From the sequence record OM386655.1: DNA of 64,000 nucleotides; one strand, written 5' to 3'. The notes below the pieces were generated by a model that saw only the letters and a program-made list of their open reading frames with translations, ran no database searches and was not told where the DNA came from. The position numbers and the translations under genes were made by a program. Shown here in pieces: positions 29,864 through 40,921 of the stretch. Within the stretch, counting starts at the first letter, position 1; the number at the start of each line of letters is the position of its first letter. This DNA comes from Escherichia phage vB_EcoM_ESCO10.

Positions 29864-30213
29864 TCTGTGGTGCTCCTGAAGTCTTTGGCAAAGGAATCGA
29901 AGGAGTTGTTGATTTGTTTTTCGACCAGTCCTGGCTTACTTGCCACCACGTGCGCCTTCTTCGAATCTTTACGGAGCTTTTCATTTTCTACCTTAATTTT
30001 ATCCATTCGGGCGTTCATTTCAGTAGTACGGAATTCAATATCAGCGTATTGGCCGTGAAGGTCTTCTAAAGCTTCAGCGTTCTGTTTAGCTGTTTGCTGG
30101 ATTGTTTTCAGTTCTTCAGTTAGCGTATCAATACGGCTTGATTGATACGAAATAAGACTGTAAGCACCTACTACAATGGCTCCAGCTAAAAGGTAAATAC
30201 TTAATTTAGACAT
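29860..30213 (-). CDS. i-spanin (N-terminal TM helix plus coiled coil), pseT.3-like
   Basis: MSKLSIYLLAGAIVVGAYSLISY TM segment then charged helical region. Confidence 0.6.
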   Translation of the reverse strand: MSKLSIYLLAGAIVVGAYSLISYQSSRIDTLTEELKTIQQTAKQNAEALEDLHGQYADIEFRTTEMNARMDKIKVENEKLRKDSKKAHVVASKPGLVEKQINNSFDSFAKDFRSTTE

Positions 30214-30701
30214 TTGTTAATAATCTCAATGATGTCATCACGTGACAGGGAGTTAATAAGAACAGTTTTAGGATTTTCACACTGGATTTTGTATGTTTCA
30301 AACATCACACACAATTCTTCAGAGGTATGGTAAGGACTTGAAATACCGAGGCGATTAGTTTTATCACCTAGTGGGTCGCAAATCAAATAGAAAGTGATGC
30401 CAGCGATTTTAACATTAGGTTGACTGATATTAATGAACACGTGGGCATCATATTTGGAAAGGTTATTCTGAAGGAATTCGACCATTGCATTAACAGCTTC
30501 AGGCATGGCCTCACGTTTCTCTTCAGTATAACGAGTAGAATATTCTTTTTGTTTAATTTTCTTTTTAGCATTACGAGCCATCGTAACACGAAGGTCGGTG
30601 AGGTAACCAACTGCACGAGAACCTTTGAAAACTTGGATACCGTCAGTTGAGTCACCATAAGCCTTAACAATCATTTCGTTAGTGATAAGTTGCATGTTCA
30701 T
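30201..30701 (-). CDS. Alc-like protein (by synteny next to rnlA)
   Basis: 166-aa ORF in T4 alc position; sequence not independently recognised. Confidence 0.4.
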   Translation of the reverse strand: MNMQLITNEMIVKAYGDSTDGIQVFKGSRAVGYLTDLRVTMARNAKKKIKQKEYSTRYTEEKREAMPEAVNAMVEFLQNNLSKYDAHVFINISQPNVKIAGITFYLICDPLGDKTNRLGISSPYHTSEELCVMFETYKIQCENPKTVLINSLSRDDIIEIINKCLN

Positions 30702-30708
30702 TTTGTTT

Positions 30709-30753
30709 TCTCCTCATTAGTTGATAGGCTTATACTAACACATCATGAGGAGA
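30709..30753. repeat. 9-bp perfect inverted repeat; one arm is the alc SD/start region, the other lies inside the promoter spacer
   Basis: TCTCCTCAT ... 27 nt ... ATGAGGAGA. Confidence 0.7.
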
Positions 30754-30760
30754 TGTAAAC
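30732..30760 (-). promoter_or_regulatory. sigma70-like early promoter for alc-like gene
   Basis: minus GTTTAC, 17 nt, TAGTAT. Confidence 0.45.
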
Positions 30761-31908
30761 TACTCTATCACAATTTCTTTCAAATATTTTTCAGGGATTT
30801 GGGCCTTATGATTTTTCAAGAACACAGAGTTAATCTGGTCTACGACAGTGTCATAATTAATACCGCCTGCGTACGCCTGCATAAGAATAGAGAACAAGCC
30901 AGGGAAGTCTTTGAGGATTAACTGTCCGGTAACGGCATAGTCCTTACGGTCACGCCCCTTGAGCTGAGAATATGCCGCTTCTAACAAGGCTAAAGATTGT
31001 TCTAAGTAGTCTAAATGGATACGTTCAAACGCATTGATTTTCTCGATGGCAAATGAATCCGTACTGAACAAACCTCGGAGGTCATCAGTTCCACCAGCCA
31101 CTACAACTTCAAACAACCGTTCGTTATTGTTAATGGAATCCTTAGTATGATGCAGTGCGCTATACCAAGCAGTTTTGAGTTTAAAGAACGTGCCATCTTT
31201 AAGTACAAAGATAAAGCCTTCAATACCCTCTTGTTTACGGATATCGCCAACAAAATCGCCTTCAGAGAGTTCGTAGCTTTTAACCAAATGCTTACGCAGA
31301 GCGCCATCTTTAAACAGTTCAGCGTAAGGGATATACTCGCCTGTTTCGTTATTACGAACGTTCAGTAAGATAAGGTTTGTTTCTTGGTAAGCCAACACAA
31401 TACGGTTAGTAGGGGCGACGTACTCAAGGTTGCATGTATATCCTGCTTTAGTAATTTCTTCTAAACGGGCAGCGAAGGCCTCGTTTTCAGGGAGACGAAG
31501 GAAACGTAAAGAATCATGCACCATTGATGAATGGATAGAGCCTTTAGATTTAACAGAAAGATACTGCCGGTCCATGAAGGTAGAAATCAAGGAACCATCT
31601 TCCTTAGCCATAACCAAGTCAATATTTTCCGGCGATAAATCCAGACCAATGGTCATAGGGTTTTCATCTAGATTAAAGAACTTTTGCATAGGACGAGCCG
31701 CAATACGTACGGGACCACTCTCGTCCATTTCAAACATAATGCCTCGGCACTCTAGTGCGCCGTCTTCCAACCAATCACTGTACGATGCATAGTTATAACT
31801 AAAGATGCGATAGTTGACTCCTAGCGCACTCTGGAAGTCTTTAAAGAAGAACTTAGATTTAGTCGAGTTTTTAACCAGGGCCATTAAGTTATCATATAAT
31901 TCAATCAT
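30760..31908 (-). CDS. rnlA: RNA ligase 1
   Basis: matches T4 Rnl1 (gp63): ...YRIFSYNYASYSDW...ECRGIMFE... Confidence 0.85.
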   Translation of the reverse strand: MIELYDNLMALVKNSTKSKFFFKDFQSALGVNYRIFSYNYASYSDWLEDGALECRGIMFEMDESGPVRIAARPMQKFFNLDENPMTIGLDLSPENIDLVMAKEDGSLISTFMDRQYLSVKSKGSIHSSMVHDSLRFLRLPENEAFAARLEEITKAGYTCNLEYVAPTNRIVLAYQETNLILLNVRNNETGEYIPYAELFKDGALRKHLVKSYELSEGDFVGDIRKQEGIEGFIFVLKDGTFFKLKTAWYSALHHTKDSINNNERLFEVVVAGGTDDLRGLFSTDSFAIEKINAFERIHLDYLEQSLALLEAAYSQLKGRDRKDYAVTGQLILKDFPGLFSILMQAYAGGINYDTVVDQINSVFLKNHKAQIPEKYLKEIVIE

Positions 31909-32318
31909 TGCTTTATCCTATGTTGGGTATTCCAAGGTGGATTAAATTTCTTTATGAACATTGGCTCTTCAAGAGACATGGTCTCAACTGACATAGTTCC
32001 AAGTTCGTTAGTCATTGACAGATTAAAGCACTGCCGTGCATAGAACTCTACCTTTTTACCTGCCATTAATGCTTCATGAATCAGAATGGACTTAGTCGAA
32101 TCTGACGTTTGGTCCTTACGATTAATAGCGGTTCGGTAGTAGTTGATGCGCTTACGAAGATTTTTAGTCTTCCCGACGTAGACTAGTATATCATCAACCG
32201 CTATAGCATATATGACATTTTGTTTATTTGGTACTGTGAGTGGAGCTATGGTGGCGTCATCTTGGAGTTCTAGGGTGACGTACTTGATAAAGCTAAATTC
32301 GTCTGCGATTTCTTTCAT
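31905..32318 (-). CDS. denA: endonuclease II (GIY-YIG family)
   Basis: matches T4 DenA from MKEIADE...; YVGKTKNLRKRINYYR motif; alternative upstream ATG at 32342. Confidence 0.85.
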   Translation of the reverse strand: MKEIADEFSFIKYVTLELQDDATIAPLTVPNKQNVIYAIAVDDILVYVGKTKNLRKRINYYRTAINRKDQTSDSTKSILIHEALMAGKKVEFYARQCFNLSMTNELGTMSVETMSLEEPMFIKKFNPPWNTQHRIKQ

Positions 32319-32326
32319 AGCAATAA

Positions 32327-32340
32327 GGGGCCGAAGCCCC
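32327..32340 (-). promoter_or_regulatory. RNA hairpin GGGGC-UUCG-GCCCC between SD and denA start codon (split ribosome-binding site)
   Basis: AAGGA SD, 14-nt hairpin, UUAUUGCU, AUG; same hairpin sequence as upstream of gene 38. Confidence 0.5.
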
Positions 32341-32345
32341 ATTCC

Positions 32346-33524
32346 TTAAAAATATTTCTTGTATGATGCCATTACTTTTTCATCGACATCATTATCAATT
32401 TGTGCTACTAAGTAAGAACTGATTTCCACTTCCTGAGGAGCTGCCTGTACTGCATCAGAGTTCAGGTATTCGCGAATCCAAGGGTAAGGATGTCGAGTAG
32501 GGGCATCAGTAATTGGACACGGTAATCCACACTGCTTCATACGCGAAACAGTCAAGTAATCGACAAAAGCACCCATGTTCTGGGTATTTAATCCTGGGCA
32601 GGTACCATCTTTGAATAGGTGAGCGGCCCATTCTTTTTCTTGTCGGTTAACTTCCATGAAAATATCAACTGCTTCTTGTTCACATTCTTGAGCAATTTTA
32701 ACCCATTCATCGCCATCTGTACCAAGTTGAAGTTGACGAATAATGTACTGAGTACCTTTAAGGTGGAGCTGCTCATCGCGTGCAATGAACTTCATAATCT
32801 TGGCATTACCTTCCATGATTTCCATGTTCTTATGGAAGTTAAAGGTGCATGCGAAAGATACGTAAAAACGAATAGCTTCCAAGGCGTTGATTACGTGCAG
32901 GCAGAGGTAAAGAGAACGCATTAGTTCACGTTTCCAATACATCTCATGCTCTATGGCATCTTCATTATCATCTTCGTCTGCGTTAATTTCTTTTTGGTAC
33001 TCAATATCAGCTTTAGCATTCTGCCAATATCTAGTTTTCTTTAAAACATCGTCATAATAACGACCAATAGATTCAGCACGTTTCATGATGGCGTCATCTA
33101 ACAGAATTTCATCAAATACCTTAGATGGGTCTGTATAGAGGTTACGCATGATATGGGTATACGAACGGGAGTGAATAGTTTCACTAAAGGTCCATGTTGC
33201 CACCCAAGTATCAAGGCTAGGGTCTGAAATCAAGGCCTGAAGTGCTGCAGAAGGAGCACGTCCCTGGATACTATCCAGAAGTGATTGATACTTCAGGTTA
33301 TTGGTAAAAATATTTTGCTGGAATTGTGGAAGCTTATTAAATTGAGCAGCATCCATCATCAAGTTAACTTCTTCTGGGCGCCAGAAAAAACTCAACTGCT
33401 TTTCACAAAGCTCTTCGAATACTTTATGACGTTGGATATCATAACGAGCAATACCCAATCCTGAACCAAAGAACATCGGTTCGACTAAAACATCAACTGG
33501 GGTGGTATTAAAAACTGTAGACAT
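32346..33524 (-). CDS. nrdB: ribonucleotide reductase small subunit
   Basis: matches T4 NrdB from MSTVFNT...; uninterrupted (no intron). Confidence 0.95.
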   Translation of the reverse strand: MSTVFNTTPVDVLVEPMFFGSGLGIARYDIQRHKVFEELCEKQLSFFWRPEEVNLMMDAAQFNKLPQFQQNIFTNNLKYQSLLDSIQGRAPSAALQALISDPSLDTWVATWTFSETIHSRSYTHIMRNLYTDPSKVFDEILLDDAIMKRAESIGRYYDDVLKKTRYWQNAKADIEYQKEINADEDDNEDAIEHEMYWKRELMRSLYLCLHVINALEAIRFYVSFACTFNFHKNMEIMEGNAKIMKFIARDEQLHLKGTQYIIRQLQLGTDGDEWVKIAQECEQEAVDIFMEVNRQEKEWAAHLFKDGTCPGLNTQNMGAFVDYLTVSRMKQCGLPCPITDAPTRHPYPWIREYLNSDAVQAAPQEVEISSYLVAQIDNDVDEKVMASYKKYF

Positions 33525-33577
33525 ATTATTCTCATTTGTTGGTGACTCATCCATGAGTCAATTATAATCAGATTTTC

Positions 33578-35833
33578 TTAAAGCTTACAAGCTGCACAAT
33601 CATCGGCTTTAGGAGTTTCGATTTCGTAATCGTCAGTACCAGAGCCATCACGGGTATTATGATAATAGAGATTTTTTCCGCCATAATACCAGAAGTACAT
33701 CAAGTCGTCAAGCATTACTGACATAGGAACTTTTCCTTTTGGAAAAATCTGTGGGTCGTAATATGTATTAGCTGACGCAGATTGGCATACCCATTTCAAC
33801 ATAATCGCTACCTGAGTCAGATAAGGTTTATTACCTTTCTTAGCCAGGGTCCAAGCGTAATCATACAATCCTTGGTTATGTTCTACATTAGGAACTACCT
33901 GACGGAAGTTACCTTCTTTAGATTCTTTAATACTTACTGGGCCGCGCGGAGGTTCGATACCGTTGGTAGAGTTTGAAACCTGGCTGCTTGACTCACATGG
34001 CATGAGTGCTGATAATGTGCTATTACGGATGCCATGTGCAGATAAGTCTTCCCGCAACTGCGACCAGTCACAAACGTATTTTGGAGCTGCGATTTGGTCA
34101 ATCTTTTTATTGTACCAGTCGATAGGAAGCTCGCCTCGAGACCATTTAGTGTCTGAATAATACTCGCAAGGTCCTTTTTCTTTGGCGAGCTTGATTGATG
34201 CTCGGATAAGGCCATACTGTAATCTCTCAAATAATTCATGGGTTAAATCATTAGCATCTTCATAAGAAGCAAAGTTGCTTGCCAACCAAGCGGCATAGTT
34301 CGTAACACCGACACCCAGGTTACGGCGCTTCTTAGCCTTCAGAGCTTCAGGAACAGGATAGCTTTGATAATCTAATAGGTTATCCAGCGCTCGCACTTGT
34401 ACTTCAGCGAGTTCGTTAATCTTGTCTTGGTCTTGCCACTCAAAGTTATCCAATACGAATGCAGACAGAGTACATAACCCAATTTCAGCTTCAGGGCTAT
34501 TTACGTCATTAGTCGGGATCGCAATTTCACAACACAAGTTGCTCTGACGGATAGGAGCACGTTCACGAATAAATGGGGTGAAGTTGTTAGTGTTATCTAC
34601 GAACTGAGGATAAATTCGAGCTGTGCCTGAACGTTCAGTCATGAACAATTCGAAGAGGTCGCGTGCTTTAATACGTTTCTTACGAATACTAGGGTCTTTT
34701 TCAGCCGCTTCATACAATTCGCGGAAACGGTCTTGGTCTTCAAAATAAGAATAATAAAGCTCACCACTCATTTCGTGAGGACTAAACAGTGTGATGTAAT
34801 CATTTTTACCGAAACGTTCCATCATAAGGTCGTTCAACTGGATTCCGTAGTCCATATGACGAATACGGTTCTCATCAACGCCTTTGTTGTTTTTCAGAAC
34901 GAGCAGATTTTCAACTTCCAAATGCCAAATAGGATAATAAGCAGTAGCAGCGCCGCCACGGATTCCACCTTGTGAACATGATTTAACTGCAGTCTGGAAA
35001 TGCTTCCAGAATGGAATAACACCGGTATGTTTGACTTCACCCATACCAATACGAGAACCTTCAGCACGAATCATACCAACGTTGATACCAATACCTGCAC
35101 GTTTAGAAATATATTCGATTATTGAGTTAGCAGTTTTATTAATTGATTTCAGCGAGTCACCGGCTTCAATAACAACGCAAGAACTAAACTGTCGGGTCGG
35201 AGTACGAGCACCTGCCATAATAGGAGTAGGCAATGAAATCTGACGGGTGCTAACAGCATCATAAAAACGAATAATATGCGCTAAACGATTACCCGGTTCT
35301 TCTTGGTGAAGAGCCATACCAATACACATGATAGCGAACTGAGGAGTTTCGTAGATTTTACCTGTGGTCTTATCTTTAACCAAGTATTTCTCTTTCAGCT
35401 GCATCGCTCCAGCATAGGTCAATTCGAAATCACGCTCATGCTTAATATGCGATTCTAAAAAAGTAATCTCTTCTGCAGAATATCGAGACAACAATTCAGG
35501 GTCATATTTGCCTTCGTTAACACAGTAGGAAATATGGTCAATAAAACTACGAGGTTCAAACTGACCGTAAACTTCTTTACGCAGAGCAAACATCAATTCC
35601 TTTGCAGCTACATACTGGTAATCAGGTTCTTCAACCGAAATAAGGTTGGCTGCAACTTTAACAGTCAGATTCTGTATATCTTTGGTGGTCATACCATCAC
35701 GAAGATGTAGTTTAATTTCTTCGTATAATTCGTAGGGATCGATTTGGGTTCCTTCACAACCCCAAGTCAAAACTTTAATAATTTTTTGTGAGTCAAAATC
35801 TTGGGATACACCACTACTCTTTTGTACTTGCAT
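33578..35833 (-). CDS. nrdA: ribonucleotide reductase large subunit
   Basis: 751 aa class Ia RNR alpha; C-terminal CxxC. Confidence 0.95.
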   Translation of the reverse strand: MQVQKSSGVSQDFDSQKIIKVLTWGCEGTQIDPYELYEEIKLHLRDGMTTKDIQNLTVKVAANLISVEEPDYQYVAAKELMFALRKEVYGQFEPRSFIDHISYCVNEGKYDPELLSRYSAEEITFLESHIKHERDFELTYAGAMQLKEKYLVKDKTTGKIYETPQFAIMCIGMALHQEEPGNRLAHIIRFYDAVSTRQISLPTPIMAGARTPTRQFSSCVVIEAGDSLKSINKTANSIIEYISKRAGIGINVGMIRAEGSRIGMGEVKHTGVIPFWKHFQTAVKSCSQGGIRGGAATAYYPIWHLEVENLLVLKNNKGVDENRIRHMDYGIQLNDLMMERFGKNDYITLFSPHEMSGELYYSYFEDQDRFRELYEAAEKDPSIRKKRIKARDLFELFMTERSGTARIYPQFVDNTNNFTPFIRERAPIRQSNLCCEIAIPTNDVNSPEAEIGLCTLSAFVLDNFEWQDQDKINELAEVQVRALDNLLDYQSYPVPEALKAKKRRNLGVGVTNYAAWLASNFASYEDANDLTHELFERLQYGLIRASIKLAKEKGPCEYYSDTKWSRGELPIDWYNKKIDQIAAPKYVCDWSQLREDLSAHGIRNSTLSALMPCESSSQVSNSTNGIEPPRGPVSIKESKEGNFRQVVPNVEHNQGLYDYAWTLAKKGNKPYLTQVAIMLKWVCQSASANTYYDPQIFPKGKVPMSVMLDDLMYFWYYGGKNLYYHNTRDGSGTDDYEIETPKADDCAACKL

Positions 35834-35850
35834 AATTTCCTCAATATGTT

Positions 35851-35880
35851 AGGTTCTATATCTATAATAACATAGAACCT
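35851..35880. repeat. perfect 9-bp inverted repeat flanking -10 element upstream of nrdA
   Basis: AGGTTCTAT ... 12 nt ... ATAGAACCT. Confidence 0.7.
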
Positions 35881-35890
35881 GTTAAGCATG
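35864..35890 (-). promoter_or_regulatory. MotA-dependent middle promoter for nrdA
   Basis: minus caTGCTTaa, 14 nt, TATTAT. Confidence 0.4.
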
Positions 35891-36254
35891 GACTGATATT
35901 TATAGGTCTTCTAATGAGAACGTATCTTTGAAAAGTTTGTTAACAACCAAGGCTATCACATCACCGTGGCAATCCTTAGGTTTGCAGGTACATGCTATTC
36001 GCATACCTCTAAGGGTTTCGAGGTGTTCTCTTTTAATTTCACCTGATTTTATTTTAGCAATAAAGTATTCTTTAAAATTTCTGATGTTTTCCTCGCGGGT
36101 ACCATCTTTAAATGGATTACCCCACATGGTTCCACGCTGGATGTTGACATCAAAATCTTCTTTATACTTGTTAACAACTCTACAGACTCTCATTATAGCA
36201 CCAAATTCAGTCCAACCATAATAATCAAAAATAAGATACCTACGATTTGAATTT

Positions 36255-37932
<1,678 letters not shown>

Positions 37933-37941
37933 TATATTTCC

Positions 37942-38184
37942 TCAAACAGACTTTTTCACAATTTTCCAATCGGCTTTGAACTGGTCAACATCAGAGTGGT
38001 GAATCCAGAAACCAGATGAGCTACCATCTTCATAAAGAGGACAACCATCACACTCATCTTTCCAACCCATTGCACACAAAGTTTCTTCTGCTTTTTCCAG
38101 AGCTTCTGGATTATTACCTTGGATTGTGAAGTACCATTTGCCTTTAACTTCTGAATCTTTGATTGATTCACGTTTTAATTTCAT
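37942..38184 (-). CDS. hypothetical protein (80 aa)
   Basis: ORF track; GAGGAGAATAAAATG SD. Confidence 0.5.
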   Translation of the reverse strand: MKLKRESIKDSEVKGKWYFTIQGNNPEALEKAEETLCAMGWKDECDGCPLYEDGSSSGFWIHHSDVDQFKADWKIVKKSV

Positions 38185-38210
38185 TTTATTCTCCTCAAGT
38201 TGATAAGGCT

Positions 38211-38240
38211 ATAGTATCACTACCATAGCCTGTTGTAAAC
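38211..38240 (-). promoter_or_regulatory. sigma70-like early promoter
   Basis: minus GTTTAC, 18 nt, TACTAT; 7-bp inverted repeat 38206-38212/38225-38231. Confidence 0.45.
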
Positions 38241-38242
38241 AT

Positions 38243-38470
38243 TTATTTTTGAATTAAGCCCATATAAAATTCAGCATCTTCAGCATGCATACCATCACAA
38301 TACTCGTCAGCCATAAAACGAGTCAGGTCTTCAAGAGGACCTTGGATTTCAATTTGGATACTAAAGAATTGAGTATCTTTGATGTAAGCCATACTCAAAG
38401 AAGGATAACGATTACGGATAACTTCGTAAGTGTATTCAAAATCGACGATATCAATATTAACTTTAGCCAT
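38243..38470 (-). CDS. hypothetical protein (75 aa)
   Basis: internal ATG with GAGGAAAATAAAATG SD; track TTG extension rejected. Confidence 0.5.
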   Translation of the reverse strand: MAKVNIDIVDFEYTYEVIRNRYPSLSMAYIKDTQFFSIQIEIQGPLEDLTRFMADEYCDGMHAEDAEFYMGLIQK

Positions 38471-38475
38471 TTTAT

Positions 38476-38511
38476 TTTCCTCATGTTTTGATATGTCTAT
38501 AGTATCATGTT
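38476..38511 (-). repeat. 36-bp promoter/5'UTR cassette, copy 1 of a perfect direct repeat
   Basis: TTTCCTCATGTTTTGATATGTCTATAGTATCATGTT identical to 39162-39197. Confidence 0.8.
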
Positions 38512-38527
38512 TAAAGGGGTTGTAAAC
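38499..38527 (-). promoter_or_regulatory. sigma70-like early promoter
   Basis: minus GTTTAC, 17 nt, TACTAT. Confidence 0.5.
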
Positions 38528-38531
38528 TACT

Positions 38532-38801
38532 TTATGAAATTTTATCAAGCCATTTGCCAAGTTTAATCATTTCTTTGGTGGCCTTTTCCATACTTCTGAA
38601 CTTAACTAATAAAGGATAAGTATCTACACCCATAACTAAAGTGGTTACAAGACTATGCTCACCTACAAGCCATAGAGAATACGTTTGAATATCAAGTCCG
38701 TAATTTCGGTCTTTATGGACACGTACACCCATCACTTCAAACTGTTCGCTGGCTTTTTCTACTGCATCCAGGAAATCATCTTTAGTCATATTAAATTCCA
38801 A
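38532..38801 (-). CDS. hypothetical protein (89 aa)
   Basis: ORF track. Confidence 0.45.
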   Translation of the reverse strand: MEFNMTKDDFLDAVEKASEQFEVMGVRVHKDRNYGLDIQTYSLWLVGEHSLVTTLVMGVDTYPLLVKFRSMEKATKEMIKLGKWLDKIS

Positions 38802-39156
38802 AGGTAGCTTTAATCAGGGCAATGACTTCAGCAGCATTTTTGTGATTAACCTGCACATGAATGGTTTGGGTGTCAACAACAGGAGCATCTTCATCAACTT
38901 CTAGGAAGTGTCGGAATTCACCTTCAGCGAGTTCAAAGTACTCATCAGCATCATCCATACTATCCAAGATGGTACCATCTTTCATTTCAACTTTTTCGAC
39001 AAAATAATTGCCATCAATAAAGCACATATCCAGGACTTTGAAGGAACTGCCATGCTGTTCCATCAGCTTGACCATGCGCGAATTATCATCCGGACAGTCG
39101 GCGATGAAACGTTTTTTAGCAGCAGGGTCTAATACGTAAGTTTTACCAGTTTCCAT
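38791..39156 (-). CDS. hypothetical protein (121 aa), acidic
   Basis: ORF track; GAGGAAATAAAAATG SD. Confidence 0.5.
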   Translation of the reverse strand: METGKTYVLDPAAKKRFIADCPDDNSRMVKLMEQHGSSFKVLDMCFIDGNYFVEKVEMKDGTILDSMDDADEYFELAEGEFRHFLEVDEDAPVVDTQTIHVQVNHKNAAEVIALIKATFGI

Positions 39157-39161
39157 TTTTA

Positions 39162-39197
39162 TTTCCTCATGTTTTGATATGTCTATAGTATCATGTT
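39162..39197 (-). repeat. 36-bp promoter/5'UTR cassette, copy 2
   Basis: identical to 38476-38511. Confidence 0.8.
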
Positions 39198-39213
39198 CCT
39201 AGAGGATGTAAAC
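39185..39213 (-). promoter_or_regulatory. sigma70-like early promoter
   Basis: minus GTTTAC, 17 nt, TACTAT. Confidence 0.5.
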
Positions 39214-39224
39214 CATTAAATGCC

Positions 39225-39249
39225 AAAAAGGGAAGACCGAAGTCTTCCC
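39225..39249 (-). terminator. intrinsic terminator after gene 32
   Basis: GGGAAGAC-UUCG-GUCUUCCC 8-bp stem then UUUUUGGCAUUU on minus strand. Confidence 0.65.
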
Positions 39250-39265
39250 ATTATAAATCAATAAC

Positions 39266-40171
39266 TTATAGACCAGCTAACAGGTCGTCCAGACCATCGT
39301 CATCAGAAGGACTTACTGACGGCTCAGGAGTAGTGGAACGAGTTGGTGTAGATGGTTTGGAGTCATATGCATCAAGGTCTGCACTGAATGCGTCCAGGTC
39401 ATCACCAATCTTATCAGCGGCTGCAGAAGCTTTAGCGGCAGCACCACCAAGAGCAGCTGTACCAACAACTTTCTTAAACTTGGCTTCGTTAGTTTCAAAG
39501 GATTTGAATTCGAGCAGTTTAGAAAGGTCGTGCATTTCTTCCATCAATTTAGCTTGATAAGCTTCGTCATTGATGTTAGGAATTTCGGACTGGTTCATGA
39601 ACTTGGAATCGTCATAGTTCTTGAAGTCGCCAACTTTCTTAGATTTCAGTACGAAGTTCGCACCATCAAACGGACAAGTGGCATCAATTGGTGTTTCACC
39701 AATATCAGTGTCAACTTCAACCATCTGGTTGATTTTATCCATGATTTTCTGACCGAAACGGAATTTAAACACTTTACCTTCATTAGCAGGCACTGCACTA
39801 TCCTTAATAACAAGGATGTTAGCCCAGAAGGAAGTTTTACGTTTCATCAGTTTGTATTCAGCGTTATTAGTATTAAAGCTGTCGTTCTGGTTCATGTATT
39901 TACATACAGGACATGAATCGAAATCACCGTGAGTAGACGTACAGTTCTCAATGTACCATTGACCATTTTTCTTGAAGCCGTGGTTAACGAGCTTAACGAA
40001 TGGAGATGGGTTTTCTTCGTTTTTCGAAGGAAGGAAACGAATTACCGCAGTACCAACGCCGTTGTCATCTTTCAATTTCCATTCAGCTTTATCGTCGGAA
40101 GAGAAAGAAGAGCCACCTTTCATAGCGGACAGTTGAGCAGCCAGTTGGGCAGGGTCTTTACGTTTAAACAT
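39266..40171 (-). CDS. 32: single-stranded DNA-binding protein gp32
   Basis: matches T4 gp32 from MFKRK; acidic C-terminal tail; alternative ATG 6 nt upstream. Confidence 0.95.
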   Translation of the reverse strand: MFKRKDPAQLAAQLSAMKGGSSFSSDDKAEWKLKDDNGVGTAVIRFLPSKNEENPSPFVKLVNHGFKKNGQWYIENCTSTHGDFDSCPVCKYMNQNDSFNTNNAEYKLMKRKTSFWANILVIKDSAVPANEGKVFKFRFGQKIMDKINQMVEVDTDIGETPIDATCPFDGANFVLKSKKVGDFKNYDDSKFMNQSEIPNINDEAYQAKLMEEMHDLSKLLEFKSFETNEAKFKKVVGTAALGGAAAKASAAADKIGDDLDAFSADLDAYDSKPSTPTRSTTPEPSVSPSDDDGLDDLLAGL

Positions 40172-40242
40172 TGACATATTATTTACCTTAGCAGATTTTA
40201 GCAGTTGTATTTTATACACAGTTTTTAACAGATTGAGTTAGT

Positions 40243-40267
40243 ATATTAACACATTTAATATGAAGCA
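40243..40267 (-). promoter_or_regulatory. MotA-dependent middle promoter for gene 32
   Basis: minus aTGCTTca, 14 nt, TAATAT; AU-rich leader follows. Confidence 0.35.
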
Positions 40268-40921
40268 TTAAAACTTACAGGATTTGATAGTTTCAATGAA
40301 CAATTTACGAGCTTCTAAATTATCGATTATAAGAATTTTCTTATAAGCATTTAATTTAGTTGAATACTTAGACCAAACCAGGTCGTTGGTCTGTTCATCA
40401 TGTTTATTTATTATGTCCATAAATGAATCAAGCAAAATAAACGTTTCGAACGAAATAACATTCGATTGAAGGAGCTTAAAAATATAGCTCGAGTTAACTT
40501 TTTTATTATAATCAAAAATTTCAGAAAGCGCTTGAACTTCCACTTTCTTACTGAAATAATAGATGTTTTTGATATCATCCTCAAAAACTTGTTTTATTCT
40601 TTTAAGCCTACCGATATATTCTCGGTAAAAGACTAAGGCGTCAGCATCACTGATGTCACCAATCCATGCGTCTTGGTTAGCCACCAAGTTACTCATGAAG
40701 ATAAGAGCAAGCTCTTTCAAAGTGTATTTATCACTCAATTTCTCAAAGAAATATTTGTCACGACGTTTTTGGTAAGCCGTATCAGAGATTCGCATGACCC
40801 AGTTATATTTTATAACGTCGTATTTGGCATTGAAGTGATGTTTGAGCATTAAGTATAATGAATATACGCTCTTACCATTCACCATACGATTATTGTTTGG
40901 TGGCATGCGAATCTTAATCAT
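40268..40921 (-). CDS. 59: gp59 helicase loader
   Basis: strong match to T4 gp59 (...ALIFMSNLVANQDAWIGDISDADALVFYREYIGRLK...). Confidence 0.9.
   Translation of the reverse strand: MIKIRMPPNNNRMVNGKSVYSLYLMLKHHFNAKYDVIKYNWVMRISDTAYQKRRDKYFFEKLSDKYTLKELALIFMSNLVANQDAWIGDISDADALVFYREYIGRLKRIKQVFEDDIKNIYYFSKKVEVQALSEIFDYNKKVNSSYIFKLLQSNVISFETFILLDSFMDIINKHDEQTNDLVWSKYSTKLNAYKKILIIDNLEARKLFIETIKSCKF

Noticed and set aside
35897-35904. Exact TATAAATA on the minus strand inside the 3' end of the 35900-36295 ORF
   Set aside because: An 8-mer this AT-rich is expected by chance several times in 64 kb; it sits 64 nt from nrdA, whose context already has a middle promoter.
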